A stretch of DNA of 64,000 bases from an uncultured Thermoleophilia bacterium (GTDB lineage Bacteria > Actinomycetota > Thermoleophilia > UBA2241): assembly GCA_963791345.1 (NCBI GenBank), contig CAWBRS010000010.1:38656-102655 (forward strand), given 5' to 3'. Of the stretch, positions 51,880-62,254 are shown piece by piece. The position numbers and the translations under genes are program-made. How positions within the stretch are numbered: the stretch's first letter is position 1; every line of letters begins with the position of its first letter. The notes under the pieces were generated by a model that worked only from the letters and a program-made list of their open reading frames with translations, was not told the origin of the DNA and did not search any database.

Positions 51880-53796
51880 ATGAAGGTAAAGGTTGGCGGC
51901 TCCCGTCCCGACATGGCCCATATGACCCCACACGTTCACACGCCCGCTCCGCAGCCGCCGCTGGCGGTGGCTCTGCACGGCGGGTCGCCGCGCCGCGCGG
52001 CGGTGCTCGCGACGGGCGCCGTCGTCGCGGCCGTCGCCGTGCTCATGTGCTTCGTGCTGCTCCTCTGGCCAGCGCCTGCCGCGCGGGCCACCGAGGCGAC
52101 GACCTTCAACATCGGCGGTCGCGGCTGGGGGCACGGCATCGGCATGAGCCAGTACGGCGCGTACGGCTACGCCAAGGCGGGGTGGGGCTACAAGCGCATC
52201 CTCGAGCACTACTACACGGGGGTGAAGTTCGGCACGACCCGCAACCGCACGGTGCGCGTGCTGCTGTGCAGCGGGCAGGTCGACGCGCGGGTCACCTCGG
52301 CCGCCGCCTTCAAGGTCACCGACGGCACCACGACCAAGACGATCGCCGGCGGCACGCTGGCGACGGTGACCTGGACGGGGACGGCCTACCGCGTCACGGC
52401 GGGCGGCTCGTCGTGGGTCTTCCCGACGGCGGTGACCTTCAAGGCGGGCACGGCCAAGCTGCGGCTCTACAACCGCAACGCCAACGGCTGGCCCTACGAC
52501 GACGACGGGGCGCGCTACCGCGGCTCGCTGCGTGTCGTGCGCTCGAACTCGGCCTTCATCATCGTCAATCACGTGCTGCTCGAGGGCTACCTGCGCGGCG
52601 TCGTGCCGCGTGAGATGCCGTCGTCGTGGCCGCAGCGGGCGCTGCGCGCGCAGGCCTGCGCGGCGCGCTCCTACGCGGTGCGCGGCATCAAGGACCTCGG
52701 CGCCTACGACCTCTACTGCACGGCGGCGAGCCAGGTCTACAACGGCTACGACGGCGAGACCGACGCCACCAACCTCGCCGTCTCCGTCACCGAGGGCGTC
52801 GTACCCACCTACAGCGGCACGCCCATCGTGGCCTACTTCTCCTCCACGTCCGGCGGGCACACCGAGAACATCGAGAACGTGTGGGGCGGCAGCCCTGTCG
52901 CCTACCTGAAGGGCGTGAAGGACCCCTACGACTACTACTCGCCCTACCACATCTGGGCCGACGCTCCCTACCGCTGGTCGACCGCCACGGTGACGACCAA
53001 GCTCGGCTCGCTCGTGCAGGGCACGCTGCGCACGGTCATCATCGCCGAGCACGGGGTCTCGCCGCGCGTCAAGCTCGCCTACGTGCTGGGCACCGACGGC
53101 GACACGGCCCACATCGCCTCGGCCGCCTCGGGCTGGACCCTGCGCAACAAGCTCGGCCTGCGCGACTCCTGGTTCTGGCTGCGCACCATGAGCGTCTCGC
53201 CGGCGGCCGCCGACGAGGTCAGGATCACCTACGGCGACCGCATCCTGCTCGAGGGCCGCAGCTACCCGACGATCGGCGCCGACAAGCGGATCACACTCCG
53301 GTACTACCGCGACGACGTGTGGAGCACGACGCTGGTGCCGGCAGACCGTACCCTGCGCAAGACGTTCAGCTTCCTCTACGACGGGGTCGCGCGCAGCGGC
53401 ACCTGCGTCGACTACTCCTTCCTCGGCAAGCCCGGCCGCACGACGACCTACCAGTTCGCCTACGGGCAGTCGCTCTCGCCGAAGACCACGATCGAGGTGC
53501 GGCCGCTCGTGACGGTCGCGTATTCGCCGCCGTTCCCCGCGGTGGGGGAGACGGTGACCTTCTCGGGCACCGTCCTGCCGCTGACGAGGGTGGGGAGCCT
53601 CGTCCGGCTGCAACGCTTCGACGACGTCGGTGGAGCTTGGATCACCCTCGTCGAGTCGACGATCGGCGCCGACGGGCTCTACGCGATGGACTGGGCGGCG
53701 GACACGCCCGGCACGCACCTCTTCCGCGTCACGGTGCCGGCCGGCGACCAGATGGTCTTCGGCTCGAGCCCCACGCTGACCGTCGTCGTCGAGTAG
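51880..53796 (+). CDS. SpoIID/LytB domain protein (peptidoglycan lytic transglycosylase/amidase-enhancer family) with a C-terminal Ig-like extension
   Basis: It has an N-terminal TM/signal segment, with RGWGHGIGMSQYGAYGYA and YFSSTSGGHTENIENVWG. The start is ambiguous (ATG 51880 or 51913). Ends in TAG. Confidence 0.8.
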   Translation: MKVKVGGSRPDMAHMTPHVHTPAPQPPLAVALHGGSPRRAAVLATGAVVAAVAVLMCFVLLLWPAPAARATEATTFNIGGRGWGHGIGMSQYGAYGYAKAGWGYKRILEHYYTGVKFGTTRNRTVRVLLCSGQVDARVTSAAAFKVTDGTTTKTIAGGTLATVTWTGTAYRVTAGGSSWVFPTAVTFKAGTAKLRLYNRNANGWPYDDDGARYRGSLRVVRSNSAFIIVNHVLLEGYLRGVVPREMPSSWPQRALRAQACAARSYAVRGIKDLGAYDLYCTAASQVYNGYDGETDATNLAVSVTEGVVPTYSGTPIVAYFSSTSGGHTENIENVWGGSPVAYLKGVKDPYDYYSPYHIWADAPYRWSTATVTTKLGSLVQGTLRTVIIAEHGVSPRVKLAYVLGTDGDTAHIASAASGWTLRNKLGLRDSWFWLRTMSVSPAAADEVRITYGDRILLEGRSYPTIGADKRITLRYYRDDVWSTTLVPADRTLRKTFSFLYDGVARSGTCVDYSFLGKPGRTTTYQFAYGQSLSPKTTIEVRPLVTVAYSPPFPAVGETVTFSGTVLPLTRVGSLVRLQRFDDVGGAWITLVESTIGADGLYAMDWAADTPGTHLFRVTVPAGDQMVFGSSPTLTVVVE

Positions 53797-53832
53797 CGGC
53801 GACCGCGGGCGTCGAGTAGCGGCGACCGCGGG
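53788..53832. repeat. Tandem duplication (about 23 bp x2) that includes the SpoIID-gene stop codon
   Basis: gtcgagtagcggcgaccgcggg(c) occurs twice back to back (53788-53810 and 53811-53832). Confidence 0.8.
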
Positions 53833-53922
53833 ATCCACCGCCCGCACCCGACACCGGGCGCCCCGGCCCGACGCGCCATCGTGATCGCCGGCGCTCTCCG
53901 GGCTCCTCATCGTGAGCCGCCC

Positions 53923-54018
53923 GCGCGCACCCCTGCGTGAAACGGCGCGCCCACCCGTGCGCGAAGCGGTGCGCGCACCCCTGCGTGAAGCGGCGCGCCC
54001 GCCCCTCGTGGAGGGGCG
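53923..54018. repeat. Imperfect 24-bp tandem repeat x4 in the convergent intergenic region
   Basis: The four units are gcgcgcacccctgcgtgaaacggc, gcgcccacccgtgcgcgaagcggt, gcgcgcacccctgcgtgaagcggc and gcgcccgcccctcgtggaggggcg. Confidence 0.75.
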
Positions 54019-54026
54019 GGCGCGCC
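53992..54026. terminator. Bidirectional GC-rich hairpin between convergent genes
   Basis: GGCGCGCCCGCCCCTC-gtg-GAGGGGCGGGCGCGCC is a perfect 16-bp stem followed by GTTGCCGTTCGTTC. Confidence 0.6.
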
Positions 54027-54061
54027 GTTGCCGTTCGTTCAGACGCTGAGGGGACGGGCGG

Positions 54062-54568
54062 TCAGTAGATGCGACGCCCGAAGTCGGCGGTGAAGTAGCG
54101 CCACGTGTAGGTCGAGTTCCAGCGGATCCCCGCGCCGATGTCGCGGAAGCTCGCGGTCAGGATCACCGCGCGGTGGTCGTCGGAGCCCATCCACAGGGCG
54201 ACCATACCCTCGGGGGTCGTCCAGACGGTGTCCTGATACCCCCGGCCCACGTTCTCGCCGATCTTGTAGTAGGTGCAGTCGGTCGTCGTGTAGCCGAAGG
54301 CCCGGAGTCTCGCCCCCGTCAACCAGCCACAGGACGAGACGTGGGTCACGAGGTTGCGCCTCGCCATGTCGGGCGAGTGGTACCGGGCGGCTTCTGTGAG
54401 CTTGCCGTGGAACTTGAGCGGGACGAGCCCGCGCTTCGTCCTCTCGGCGTTCACGGCGGCGATGATCCTCGCCTCACCGAGGGTGGGCTCGAGCGCCTGC
54501 GCCACAGCGGGCGAGAGCGCCAGCCCGAAGGTGAGGGTGAGCAAAAGGATGGCGAAGAGCTTCTTCAT
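54062..54568 (-). CDS. Secreted CAP/SCP/PR-1-like (YkwD-type) domain protein
   Basis: ATG 54568 follows AGGAGGAGG. It has the signal peptide MKKLFAILLLTLTFGLALSPAVAQA and the CAP blocks AVNAERTKRGLVPL, HSPDMA, GENVGRG and WMGSDDHRAVIL. Confidence 0.8.
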   Translation of the reverse strand: MKKLFAILLLTLTFGLALSPAVAQALEPTLGEARIIAAVNAERTKRGLVPLKFHGKLTEAARYHSPDMARRNLVTHVSSCGWLTGARLRAFGYTTTDCTYYKIGENVGRGYQDTVWTTPEGMVALWMGSDDHRAVILTASFRDIGAGIRWNSTYTWRYFTADFGRRIY

Positions 54569-54942
54569 GGGCGCCTCCTCCTGGTCGTTCGTCGCGACGC
54601 GGCACGCCACGACCGTCCGGCGGTGTCCATGGAGTGGCTGAGCGAATGTGGAACAGCCCCCCCGACTGTTTCGCGCAACACTAAGTAGTCAGATTCGGCA
54701 ACGCAACCCCCAGCCCTGCCCCTGGTCACGGCCACCGCTGGGGCCGGCCGCGGGCAGGTTCGTTCGACCGTGAGGGATGTGCAGTCCATCAATGAGTGCA
54801 TCGGTCAGCGGCCGGCGGCGCTTGATGCTCGTTGCCCGCCGGGGTTACGCATGTGGCCGTGGCGGGCTCCGACGATCTCGATGCCGGCGCGGTCGCAGCC
54901 GGCTCGAGGACCGCGGCGGTCGGGCGCCTTCGGGCTCCGGGT

Positions 54943-57615
54943 CTACGCCCGCAGCGGGGCGCTGCGCGGCTCCACCTCGGCGTCCTCGAACCCCGGCCAC
55001 ACGGCGCAGAACGCCGCGACCACGTCCGGGTCGAACTGGCCGCCGGAGTTGCGCCGCAGCTCCTCGAGGGCCCACTGCTGGGGCATGGCCTCGCGGTACG
55101 GCCGCTCGGAGGTCATGGCGTGGAAGGCGTCGCACACGAACACGATGCGCGAGAGCTGCGGGATCTGGTCGCCCATCAGGCCGTCCGGGTAACCGGTCCC
55201 GTCGAAACGCTCGTGGGCCGCGCGGATGACCCGGGCGATCGGCGCCAGGTACTCGATGCGCGAGATGATGCGCTCGCCGATGACCGTGTGCTCGGCCATC
55301 ACCCTGAACTCCTCCTCGGTGAGCTTCTCGGGCTTGTTGAGGATGCTGCCGGGGATGCCGATCTTGCCGATGTCGTGCAGGACGCTGGCGTACTGCAGGT
55401 CGCGCAACTCCGTCTCACCGAGGCCGAGGCGGCGGCCCACCGAGACGGCCATCTTCGCCAGCATCTGGGCGTGGTCCGCCGTGTAGTGGTCCTTGGCCTC
55501 CATGGCCGCGGCCAGCGCCGTGACGGTCTCCAGGTAGGTGGTCTCGAGGCGGGCGAAGTTGGCCGCGTTCTCGAGCGCCACGGCGGCCTGGTTCATGAGG
55601 ATCTGCACGAGCTGGATCTCGTCGTCGTTGATGTGTCGCGAGAGCGCGCAGCGCACGTCGAGGTAGCCCTCGGCGCGGTGCTGCAGGATGAGCGGCACGA
55701 CGAGACGGCGGCCGTAGTCCCACGGTTCCTGCAGCGGGGCGAGGCGCCCTAGGGCGCGGGCGACGAGGTCGTCCGCCGCCCGCGTCGCCGCCGGGGTCTC
55801 GGCTCCACCGCCGAGGCGCAGGGCGGCGGGGCAGAAGCGCTCGTCGGCCGCCGCGAGCATGATCTCGGCGGTCGTGGTCTCGCGGGGGAAGAGGCCGACG
55901 ATCCCCTCGCTGACGAGGTCGATGACGCCGGCGGCGTCGAGCGAGGCGGCGATGCCCTGGCTGATCTGCAGGATGGCGACGAGGCGCTCCTCGTGTTCGC
56001 GGCGCTGGCGGAAGAGGGCGGCGTTGTGCATGGCGACCGCCGCCTGCTCCGCCAGGCCGCGGGCGAGCTCGAGCTCGTCGCCGCTGAAGCGGCGCTCACG
56101 CTCGGTCTCGATGATCTCCATGAGCCCGAGCGCGGTGCCGTGAAACTTGAGCGGCACCGTGAGGCAGGTCTTCTCGCCCCAGTCCTCCATCGAGTCCCGC
56201 ACGTCGTCACCGAGCGTGTGGTCGGAGAGGGTCTCGACCACCATCTCACCCTGTTTGAGGATCTGGCGGTCGCTCGGGTAGTCGCCGAGGGGGTACGCCG
56301 TGCCCAGCGAATCGCCGTAGTCGACCGGCGGGGCGTCGGGGGCCGTGTACAGCGAGCGCGAGATGAGGCAGTCACGGTCGGCGTCGTACTCGTAGATCAG
56401 GCACTGCGGCGAGCCGAGCGCCACGGCGGCGCGCTCGGCGAGCTGGCCGAGGACCTCCTCGAGCACGATGCTCGAGGTCATCGCCGTGCTCGCCTCGAGC
56501 AGGGCGCTGAGCTGGCGGTTGCGCGCCTCCTGACGGCGGTACGCGGCGGCGTTGTGGATCGCCGCCCCGGCGAGCTCGCCGAGGCCGGTGGCGAACTGCA
56601 GCTCGAGCTCGCCGAACTCGCGCCGGGTCGTCGACTCGTAGAGGCGCAGGATGCCCAGAGGCTCGCCCTGGTAGCGCAACGGCACGCTGAGGACGGTCGT
56701 CTCCTGGAAGCTCGACATGCTCTCGCGCCGGTCGAGCGGCAGCGTGACGTCGTCGGCGTACTCCAGGACGATGTCGGGCGCGTGAAGGATCGCGCGCTCG
56801 CCCGGGTAGTCGTCGAGGCGATAGGCGCACCCGAGCGCGCCGTCGGTGCCGCTGGGCGTGGGTCCCCGTTCGTGGAGGGCCTGGTAGACGATCGCGTCCT
56901 CGCCGGCGTCGTACGTGTAGACGGCGGCGCGCGAGGCCTCGAGCGCCTCGCAGGCCTCGCGCGTCACCCGCCTCAGCACCTCGTCGAGGTCGACGGTCGC
57001 GTTGATGGTGCGGCTGGAGTCGACCAGCGAGGCGAGGTAGCGATTCTGCTCGGCCGTCCGCCGCCGCAGGCGGGCGTTGTGGATGGCGATCGCCGCCGGC
57101 ACCGCCAGCGTCGTCGCGATCTCCTTCTCCTCGTCGCTGAAGCGGTGTACGCCGCGCTGCTCGACGACCTCGGCGACGCCGATCGGCTGGCCGCCGAACT
57201 CCAGGGGCACCAGCAGCCAGCTCTTCTCGCCCCAGCGCTCCATGATCGCCGCGATGCCCGGGTCGAGGCCGGCGTCGTCGACGTGCAGCTCGATCGGCCT
57301 GTCCGTCTCGAGGGCGTTGCGGAAGTCGGGCAACTCGTCGACGGCGATGGTGTCGCCGAGCCACTCTTCGTCGTACGGGGTGGGCTCCACGGCCCAGGTC
57401 GCGGTCGCGACCAGGCAGCGCGTCGCGGGGATATACTCGTAGAGGTCGCACTCCCAGGCTCCGAGGGACTGGGCGGTGAGCCTGGCGATCAGGCGCAGGG
57501 TCTCGTCCAGGTCCTGGGCGGAGGCGAGCGCGGCCGTGACCTCGCGCACGAGCGCAAGGAGGTCGGTCTTCGACGTTCTGGGCGGCCCGCCTCGAGTCGA
57601 CATCTCTGAGTACAT
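54943..57615 (-). CDS. Multi-GAF (about 4) HD-GYP domain protein, putative c-di-GMP phosphodiesterase/signal transducer
   Basis: 890 aa with four repeats of a GAF-like unit, each ending ..VPL.f.g.plG..e..e. The C-terminal HD-GYP domain has DHYTADHAQ, VLHDIGKIGIP and AHERFDGTGYPDG. Ends in TAG. Confidence 0.85.
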   Translation of the reverse strand: MYSEMSTRGGPPRTSKTDLLALVREVTAALASAQDLDETLRLIARLTAQSLGAWECDLYEYIPATRCLVATATWAVEPTPYDEEWLGDTIAVDELPDFRNALETDRPIELHVDDAGLDPGIAAIMERWGEKSWLLVPLEFGGQPIGVAEVVEQRGVHRFSDEEKEIATTLAVPAAIAIHNARLRRRTAEQNRYLASLVDSSRTINATVDLDEVLRRVTREACEALEASRAAVYTYDAGEDAIVYQALHERGPTPSGTDGALGCAYRLDDYPGERAILHAPDIVLEYADDVTLPLDRRESMSSFQETTVLSVPLRYQGEPLGILRLYESTTRREFGELELQFATGLGELAGAAIHNAAAYRRQEARNRQLSALLEASTAMTSSIVLEEVLGQLAERAAVALGSPQCLIYEYDADRDCLISRSLYTAPDAPPVDYGDSLGTAYPLGDYPSDRQILKQGEMVVETLSDHTLGDDVRDSMEDWGEKTCLTVPLKFHGTALGLMEIIETERERRFSGDELELARGLAEQAAVAMHNAALFRQRREHEERLVAILQISQGIAASLDAAGVIDLVSEGIVGLFPRETTTAEIMLAAADERFCPAALRLGGGAETPAATRAADDLVARALGRLAPLQEPWDYGRRLVVPLILQHRAEGYLDVRCALSRHINDDEIQLVQILMNQAAVALENAANFARLETTYLETVTALAAAMEAKDHYTADHAQMLAKMAVSVGRRLGLGETELRDLQYASVLHDIGKIGIPGSILNKPEKLTEEEFRVMAEHTVIGERIISRIEYLAPIARVIRAAHERFDGTGYPDGLMGDQIPQLSRIVFVCDAFHAMTSERPYREAMPQQWALEELRRNSGGQFDPDVVAAFCAVWPGFEDAEVEPRSAPLRA

Positions 57616-57740
57616 CGGCGCGGCGACGGCGGCGCTTGAGAATCGCGCGAGGCGTGCGGGGAGGGCGGCTCGGGCGGCGAGTCCGGAGTCGCGTGAGACG
57701 GCCGTCGCGGCGGCGCATCGGCGCCGCCGCGACGGCCGTC

Positions 57741-57896
57741 TCAGAGCGCCGCCGCCGTGCCTGGCGCCAGCAGCAGCCAGAGGACGGTGAAGAGCACCAG
57801 CGCGATGAGCAGCAGCGCCTTGGCAGCCAACGTGTGCCCGCGGCCGATCGCCGTCCCGGGGCGCAGCGTGCGGACGTCCCTGCGAGCGACCCGCAT
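57741..57896 (-). CDS. Small predicted membrane protein (51 aa)
   Basis: ATG 57896 follows GAGGGAGGGG. It has one strongly hydrophobic helix (ALLLIALVLFTVLWLLLAP). No family was recognised. Confidence 0.35.
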   Translation of the reverse strand: MRVARRDVRTLRPGTAIGRGHTLAAKALLLIALVLFTVLWLLLAPGTAAAL

Positions 57897-58075
57897 GAGA
57901 CCCCTCCCTCTCGTCGCCTGCGACACCGACACTCTTCCCCGTTGCGCGGAGTGGCGCACACCGGCGTCGTTGAGGCTCGGCTGCGGGCGCTCACCCGTCG
58001 CGGTCCGCAGCGGGCGCGCGGACGAGCGACGACCGCGTTTCTCCGTCCGGGGTCGTCCCGTAAGATAGCGGGGTC

Positions 58076-59347
58076 ATGACCGACTTCCGCTTCGTGCACG
58101 CCGCCGACCTTCACCTCGACACGCCGTTCGAGGGTGTCGCCAAGACGGCTCCCGAGGTCGGCGAGGCTCTCCGCGAGGCCTCCCTCGAGGCGCTCGATCG
58201 CCTCGTGACCCTCACGCTCGACGAGGGCGCCGCCTTCCTCGTGCTCGCCGGCGACATCTACGACGGCGCCGAGCGAGGCGTTCGGGCCCAGCTGCGCCTC
58301 CGTCGCGCGCTGGAGCGCCTCGGCGAGCAAGGCGTGCGCACGTTCGTCGTCCACGGCAACCACGATCCGCTCTCGGGGTGGTCGGCGATCGGCGCGTGGC
58401 CCGCTGGCGTCCACGTCTTCGGGTCCGGCGACGTCGAGGCCGTCCCCGTCGAGATCGGCGGCGAGGTGGCGGCGACGGTCCACGGCGTGAGCTACGCGCA
58501 TCGCGAGACGAGCGAGAACCTCGCTCTGCGCTTCGCCCGCGGCGAGGCGCCCGGCCTCAACATCGGTGTGCTGCACGCCAACCTCGGGTCCGACCCCGAG
58601 CACGCCGCCTACGCGCCGTGCTCGCTCAGTGACCTGCGCGCCGCGCGGCTCGACTACTGGGCGCTCGGGCACATCCATCGCCGTCACGAGGTGAGCCGCG
58701 ACCCGTGGGTCGTGTACCCGGGCGACACCCAGGGCCGCAGCCCCAAGCCCGCCGAGAGCGGGGCCAAGGGGGCGCTCGTGGTCGAGGTCGCCGGCGCCGC
58801 CGTGCGCGAGGTCCGCTTCGTCGCCACCGACACGGTGCGCTTCGTGCACGGCGCGGTCGACGTCTGCGGTCTCGACGACCTCGCGGCGCTGCGCGCCGCC
58901 CTCCTCGAGACCGCCGACGCCTTACGCGTCGAGCACGCCGGCCGCGGGCTGCTCGTGCGGCTGCGGCTGCGAGGCCGAGGCCCGGCGCATGCCTTGTTGC
59001 GCGCGCCGCGGGCGGTGGCCGACCTCCTCGACGACCTCCGCGACGAGTGGCGGGGCGCCTCGCCCTTCCTGTGGCTCGAGTCGCTGCGCGACGAGACGCT
59101 CTCGCCGCTCGATCGCGACGAGGTCAGCCGGCGCGGCGACTTCTCGGCCGAGCTGCTGACGCTCGCCGACGGCTTCCGCGACGACGGCGAGCGGCGTGCG
59201 GCGCTGCTGCGCGAGCTCGACGAGCCGCTTCAGCGGGGGCGCGCCGCGCGCTGGGTGACCCAGCTCGACGGCCCCGAAGCCGAGCTCGAGGTGCTCGGGC
59301 GCGCCGAGGCGCGCGCCCTCGACCTGCTCGAGCAGGAGCAGGCGTGA
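58076..59347 (+). CDS. DNA repair exonuclease, metallophosphoesterase family (SbcD/YhaO-like)
   Basis: 423 aa with FVHAADLHLD, LAGDIYD and VHGNHD. Confidence 0.85.
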   Translation: MTDFRFVHAADLHLDTPFEGVAKTAPEVGEALREASLEALDRLVTLTLDEGAAFLVLAGDIYDGAERGVRAQLRLRRALERLGEQGVRTFVVHGNHDPLSGWSAIGAWPAGVHVFGSGDVEAVPVEIGGEVAATVHGVSYAHRETSENLALRFARGEAPGLNIGVLHANLGSDPEHAAYAPCSLSDLRAARLDYWALGHIHRRHEVSRDPWVVYPGDTQGRSPKPAESGAKGALVVEVAGAAVREVRFVATDTVRFVHGAVDVCGLDDLAALRAALLETADALRVEHAGRGLLVRLRLRGRGPAHALLRAPRAVADLLDDLRDEWRGASPFLWLESLRDETLSPLDRDEVSRRGDFSAELLTLADGFRDDGERRAALLRELDEPLQRGRAARWVTQLDGPEAELEVLGRAEARALDLLEQEQA

Positions 59348-62176
59348 CGGTGGCCCGCGACGACGCCGGGGCCGGCGGCGGGTCGGGGGCCCGCGGCGGC
59401 GACGCCGGGGCCCGGAGCGACGGCGCCCGCCCGGTCTTCGCCGCGCCCGCGCCCGCGCGCATCGTCCGTCTCGACGGCTGGTGGGTCGACGGCTTCGGCG
59501 CCCTCCGCGATCTCGAGGTCGGCGGTCTCTCCCCTCGGCTCACCGTGCTGCTCGGCGCCAACGAGGCGGGCAAGAGCACGCACCTCGCCTTCCTCCGCTA
59601 CATCCTCTTCGGGTTCCCCAAGCGCTCCACCGCGCTGCCCCAGTACGATCCCGTCGGCGGGGGGCGTCACGGCGGCCGGGTCGCGCTGCGCGATGGCCGG
59701 GAGCACTACGAGCTCTGGCGCTACAAGGACGACAAGGCGCCCCGGCTCGTCGGTCCGGGGGGTGACGAGGTCGGAGAACACGTGCTCGCGAGCCTTCTCG
59801 GGCACGCCGACGCCGGTCTCTTCCGCTCCGTCTTCGCCTTCGGCCTCAGTGAGCTGCAGTCGTTCGCCACGCTCACCGAGGAGGGCGTCCGGCAGCACAT
59901 CTTCAGCGCCGGTGTCGTCGGGGCCGGGCGCTCGGCGCGCGAGGTCAGCCGGCAGCTCGGCAGGCAGCTCGACGAGCTGCTCAAGGGCACGAGGGGCAAG
60001 GCGCAGATCAACGACCTGCTGCACGAGCTCGAGCTGCGTCGGGCCGAGCTCGTGGCGGCGGCCGGCGAGGCGGCCGCGTACGGCGAGCGGGTCGCCGAGG
60101 AGCGGCGGGCGCTCGAGGTCGCCGAGGAGCATCGCCGGCGCTCGGCCGACGAGCGCGTCGCCCGGGCGCGGCTCGCGGCCCTCGGCGAGCTGTGGCCGCG
60201 CTGGCACGAGGCCCGCGAGGCCGAGGTCGAGCTCGAGGCCCAGTCGCCCGTCGCTGCCGAGACGGTCACGACGCTTCGCGCCCTCGCCGGGGGACTGGGG
60301 GTGCGCCACGAGCGTCTCCAGCGCCGCGACGAGCTCCGCGGCGCGGCCGAGCAGGCCGACCGCGCCGTGTCGGCCACGCTCGACGAGCTGGGGGCCGGCT
60401 GGACCGTGGAGCGGGTCATGGCCGTCGACCCGTCCATCGTCGGGCGCGACGACATGCGGCAGTGGGAGCGACGTCTGTCCGTCTGCGCCGAGGCCGAAGC
60501 CGAGGCGCGGCGCGCCGAGACGGCCGCGGTCCGAACGCGCCGCCGAGCTCGAGAGCGAGCGGGAGCAGCGCGCCTCGCGGCTGCCCCAGGCTCCTCCGGC
60601 GCCGCTGGCCGAGATCGAGGCCCGCGAGGACCTGCTCGTGCGGCTGCGAGAGGCGCGCGCCGAGGTGCGCGCCGCGCAGGGCGCGGTGGGGCCCCGGGCG
60701 GCCGGCTCGCACCGCCTCCTGCTGGTCGCCGCGCTCGCCGCCGCCGCGCTGGCCGTCGCCTTCGCCGTCGTCGGCGCGACCGGCGCCGCGGGCGCCGGCA
60801 TGTGGCCCGCGGCGGCGGTGGCGGCCGTCGTCGCCGTCGCCCTGGCCGGGGTCGCCTGGGGCCGCGCCCGCCCGCCCGCCGCCGGCCTCGAGGTCGTACG
60901 AGAACGGGGCGAGGAGCTCGCGCGTCGGCTCGGGCTGCCGCCGGCGCCGTCGGCGGCCGAGATCGACGCCGTCGAGGTCCGCCTGAGGGCCGAGCGTACG
61001 GCGCGCATCGAGTACGAGGGCCTGCGGCGCCGGCTCGACGACGACGAGGCGGCGCTCGGCCGCGCACGGGCGGCGCTCGACCAGCGGCGCGCCGAGCGCG
61101 TGGGAGCTACGGAGAAGCTCGGTGAAGCCGAGGCGGAGTGGCGCCGCTTCAAGGCGGAGCGAGGCCTGCCCGAGACGCTGTCGACGGAGGGGACGGTCGA
61201 GTGGCTCGCGGCGCTCGACCGTTGCCGCGAGGCGCTGGGGCGACGCGCACAGGCGTCCGCGCAGGCGGCGGAGCTCGAGGACGAGGCCCTCAAGTGGGAG
61301 GCGACGGCGCGCGACGCCCTTGCGGCGGCAGGTCGCGAAGTCGCGCGCCTCGACGCGGCCGGTCTCGAGCTGGCGCTCACCGAGGCCTGCGCCGCGGCCG
61401 ACCGACGCGCGGAGTCGGAGCGGCGGGTGCTCGAGGCCGAGCAGGAGCTGCGGGCCCGCTTCCCGTCCGACGACGATGCGGCTCGCGTGCGGCAGGAGCT
61501 GGCCTCAGGGGACCCCGAGGTGTGGGCGGTAGCGCTGCGCGCAGCCGACGCCCGGATCGCCGAGCTCGAGCGCGAGCAGGAGCAGGCGATCCGCCAGCAC
61601 GAGAACGTCCGCCGGCGGCGCGAGGAGCTGGAGCGCTCGGCCGACGTGCCGAGGCTGCAGGCAGAGCTCGAGGGCCTGCGAGCCGAGCTCGACGACGCCG
61701 TCGCGCGCTACCGTGAGGTCAGGCTGGCGAAGGCGCTGATCGACCGTACGCTGCGCGAGTTCATGCGTACGCGACAGCCCGCGGTGCTGGCCGCGGCCGG
61801 CGCGGCCTTCGCTCGCGTCACCGCCGGCCGCTACACCGCCGTGCTTCAGCCGGAGGACTCCGACGACGACCTTCGGGTCCTGGGCGCCGACGGCGTCGCG
61901 AAGTCGCTGGCGACGCTGAGCCGCGGCACCGCCGAGCAGCTCTATCTCTGCCTTCGCCTCGGCTTGGCGCGGGAGTTCGCCGCTCGCAGCGTCGCCCTGC
62001 CCTTCGTGATGGACGACTGTCTCGTCGACTTCGACCCGGAGAGAGCCGCCGCCACGGCCGAAGTGCTGGTCGAGTTCGCCGGCGCCAATCAGGTGATGGT
62101 GTTCACCTGCCATCCCGAGACGGCAGCGCTGCTGCGCACGGTCTCGGGCGGCGACGCGGCGGTCATCGAGCTGTGA
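59344..62176 (+). pseudogene. AAA/SMC-like ATPase (YhaN/SbcC-like) with one frameshift at ~60528 (or assembly indel)
   Basis: GTG 59344 overlaps the upstream stop (GTGA). Walker A is GANEAGKST, followed by long coiled coils. A central double-TM hairpin is present (LLLVAALAAAALAVAFAVVG..AAAVAAVVAVALAGVAWG). The C-terminal signature/Walker B region is LSRGTAEQLYLCLRLGLA...LPFVMDDCLVDFD. The track splits it into 58705..61125 and 59693..62176. Confidence 0.8.
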
Positions 62177-62218
62177 CCGCGAGTGACGCGCCCGGCTGAC
62201 GGGTGACGGAGAAAAAGG

Positions 62219-62254
62219 TGGCGGGCGGTGGATGGGCCTTCGCACCGCCCGCCA
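62219..62254 (+). terminator. Hairpin downstream of the yhaN-like gene
   Basis: TGGCGGGCGGTG-(12 nt)-CACCGCCCGCCA is a perfect 12-bp stem. Confidence 0.45.

Noticed and set aside
53923-54018. The 24-bp repeat array as a CRISPR locus.
   Set aside because: The units are directly adjacent with no spacers. There are only four imperfect copies and no cas genes nearby.
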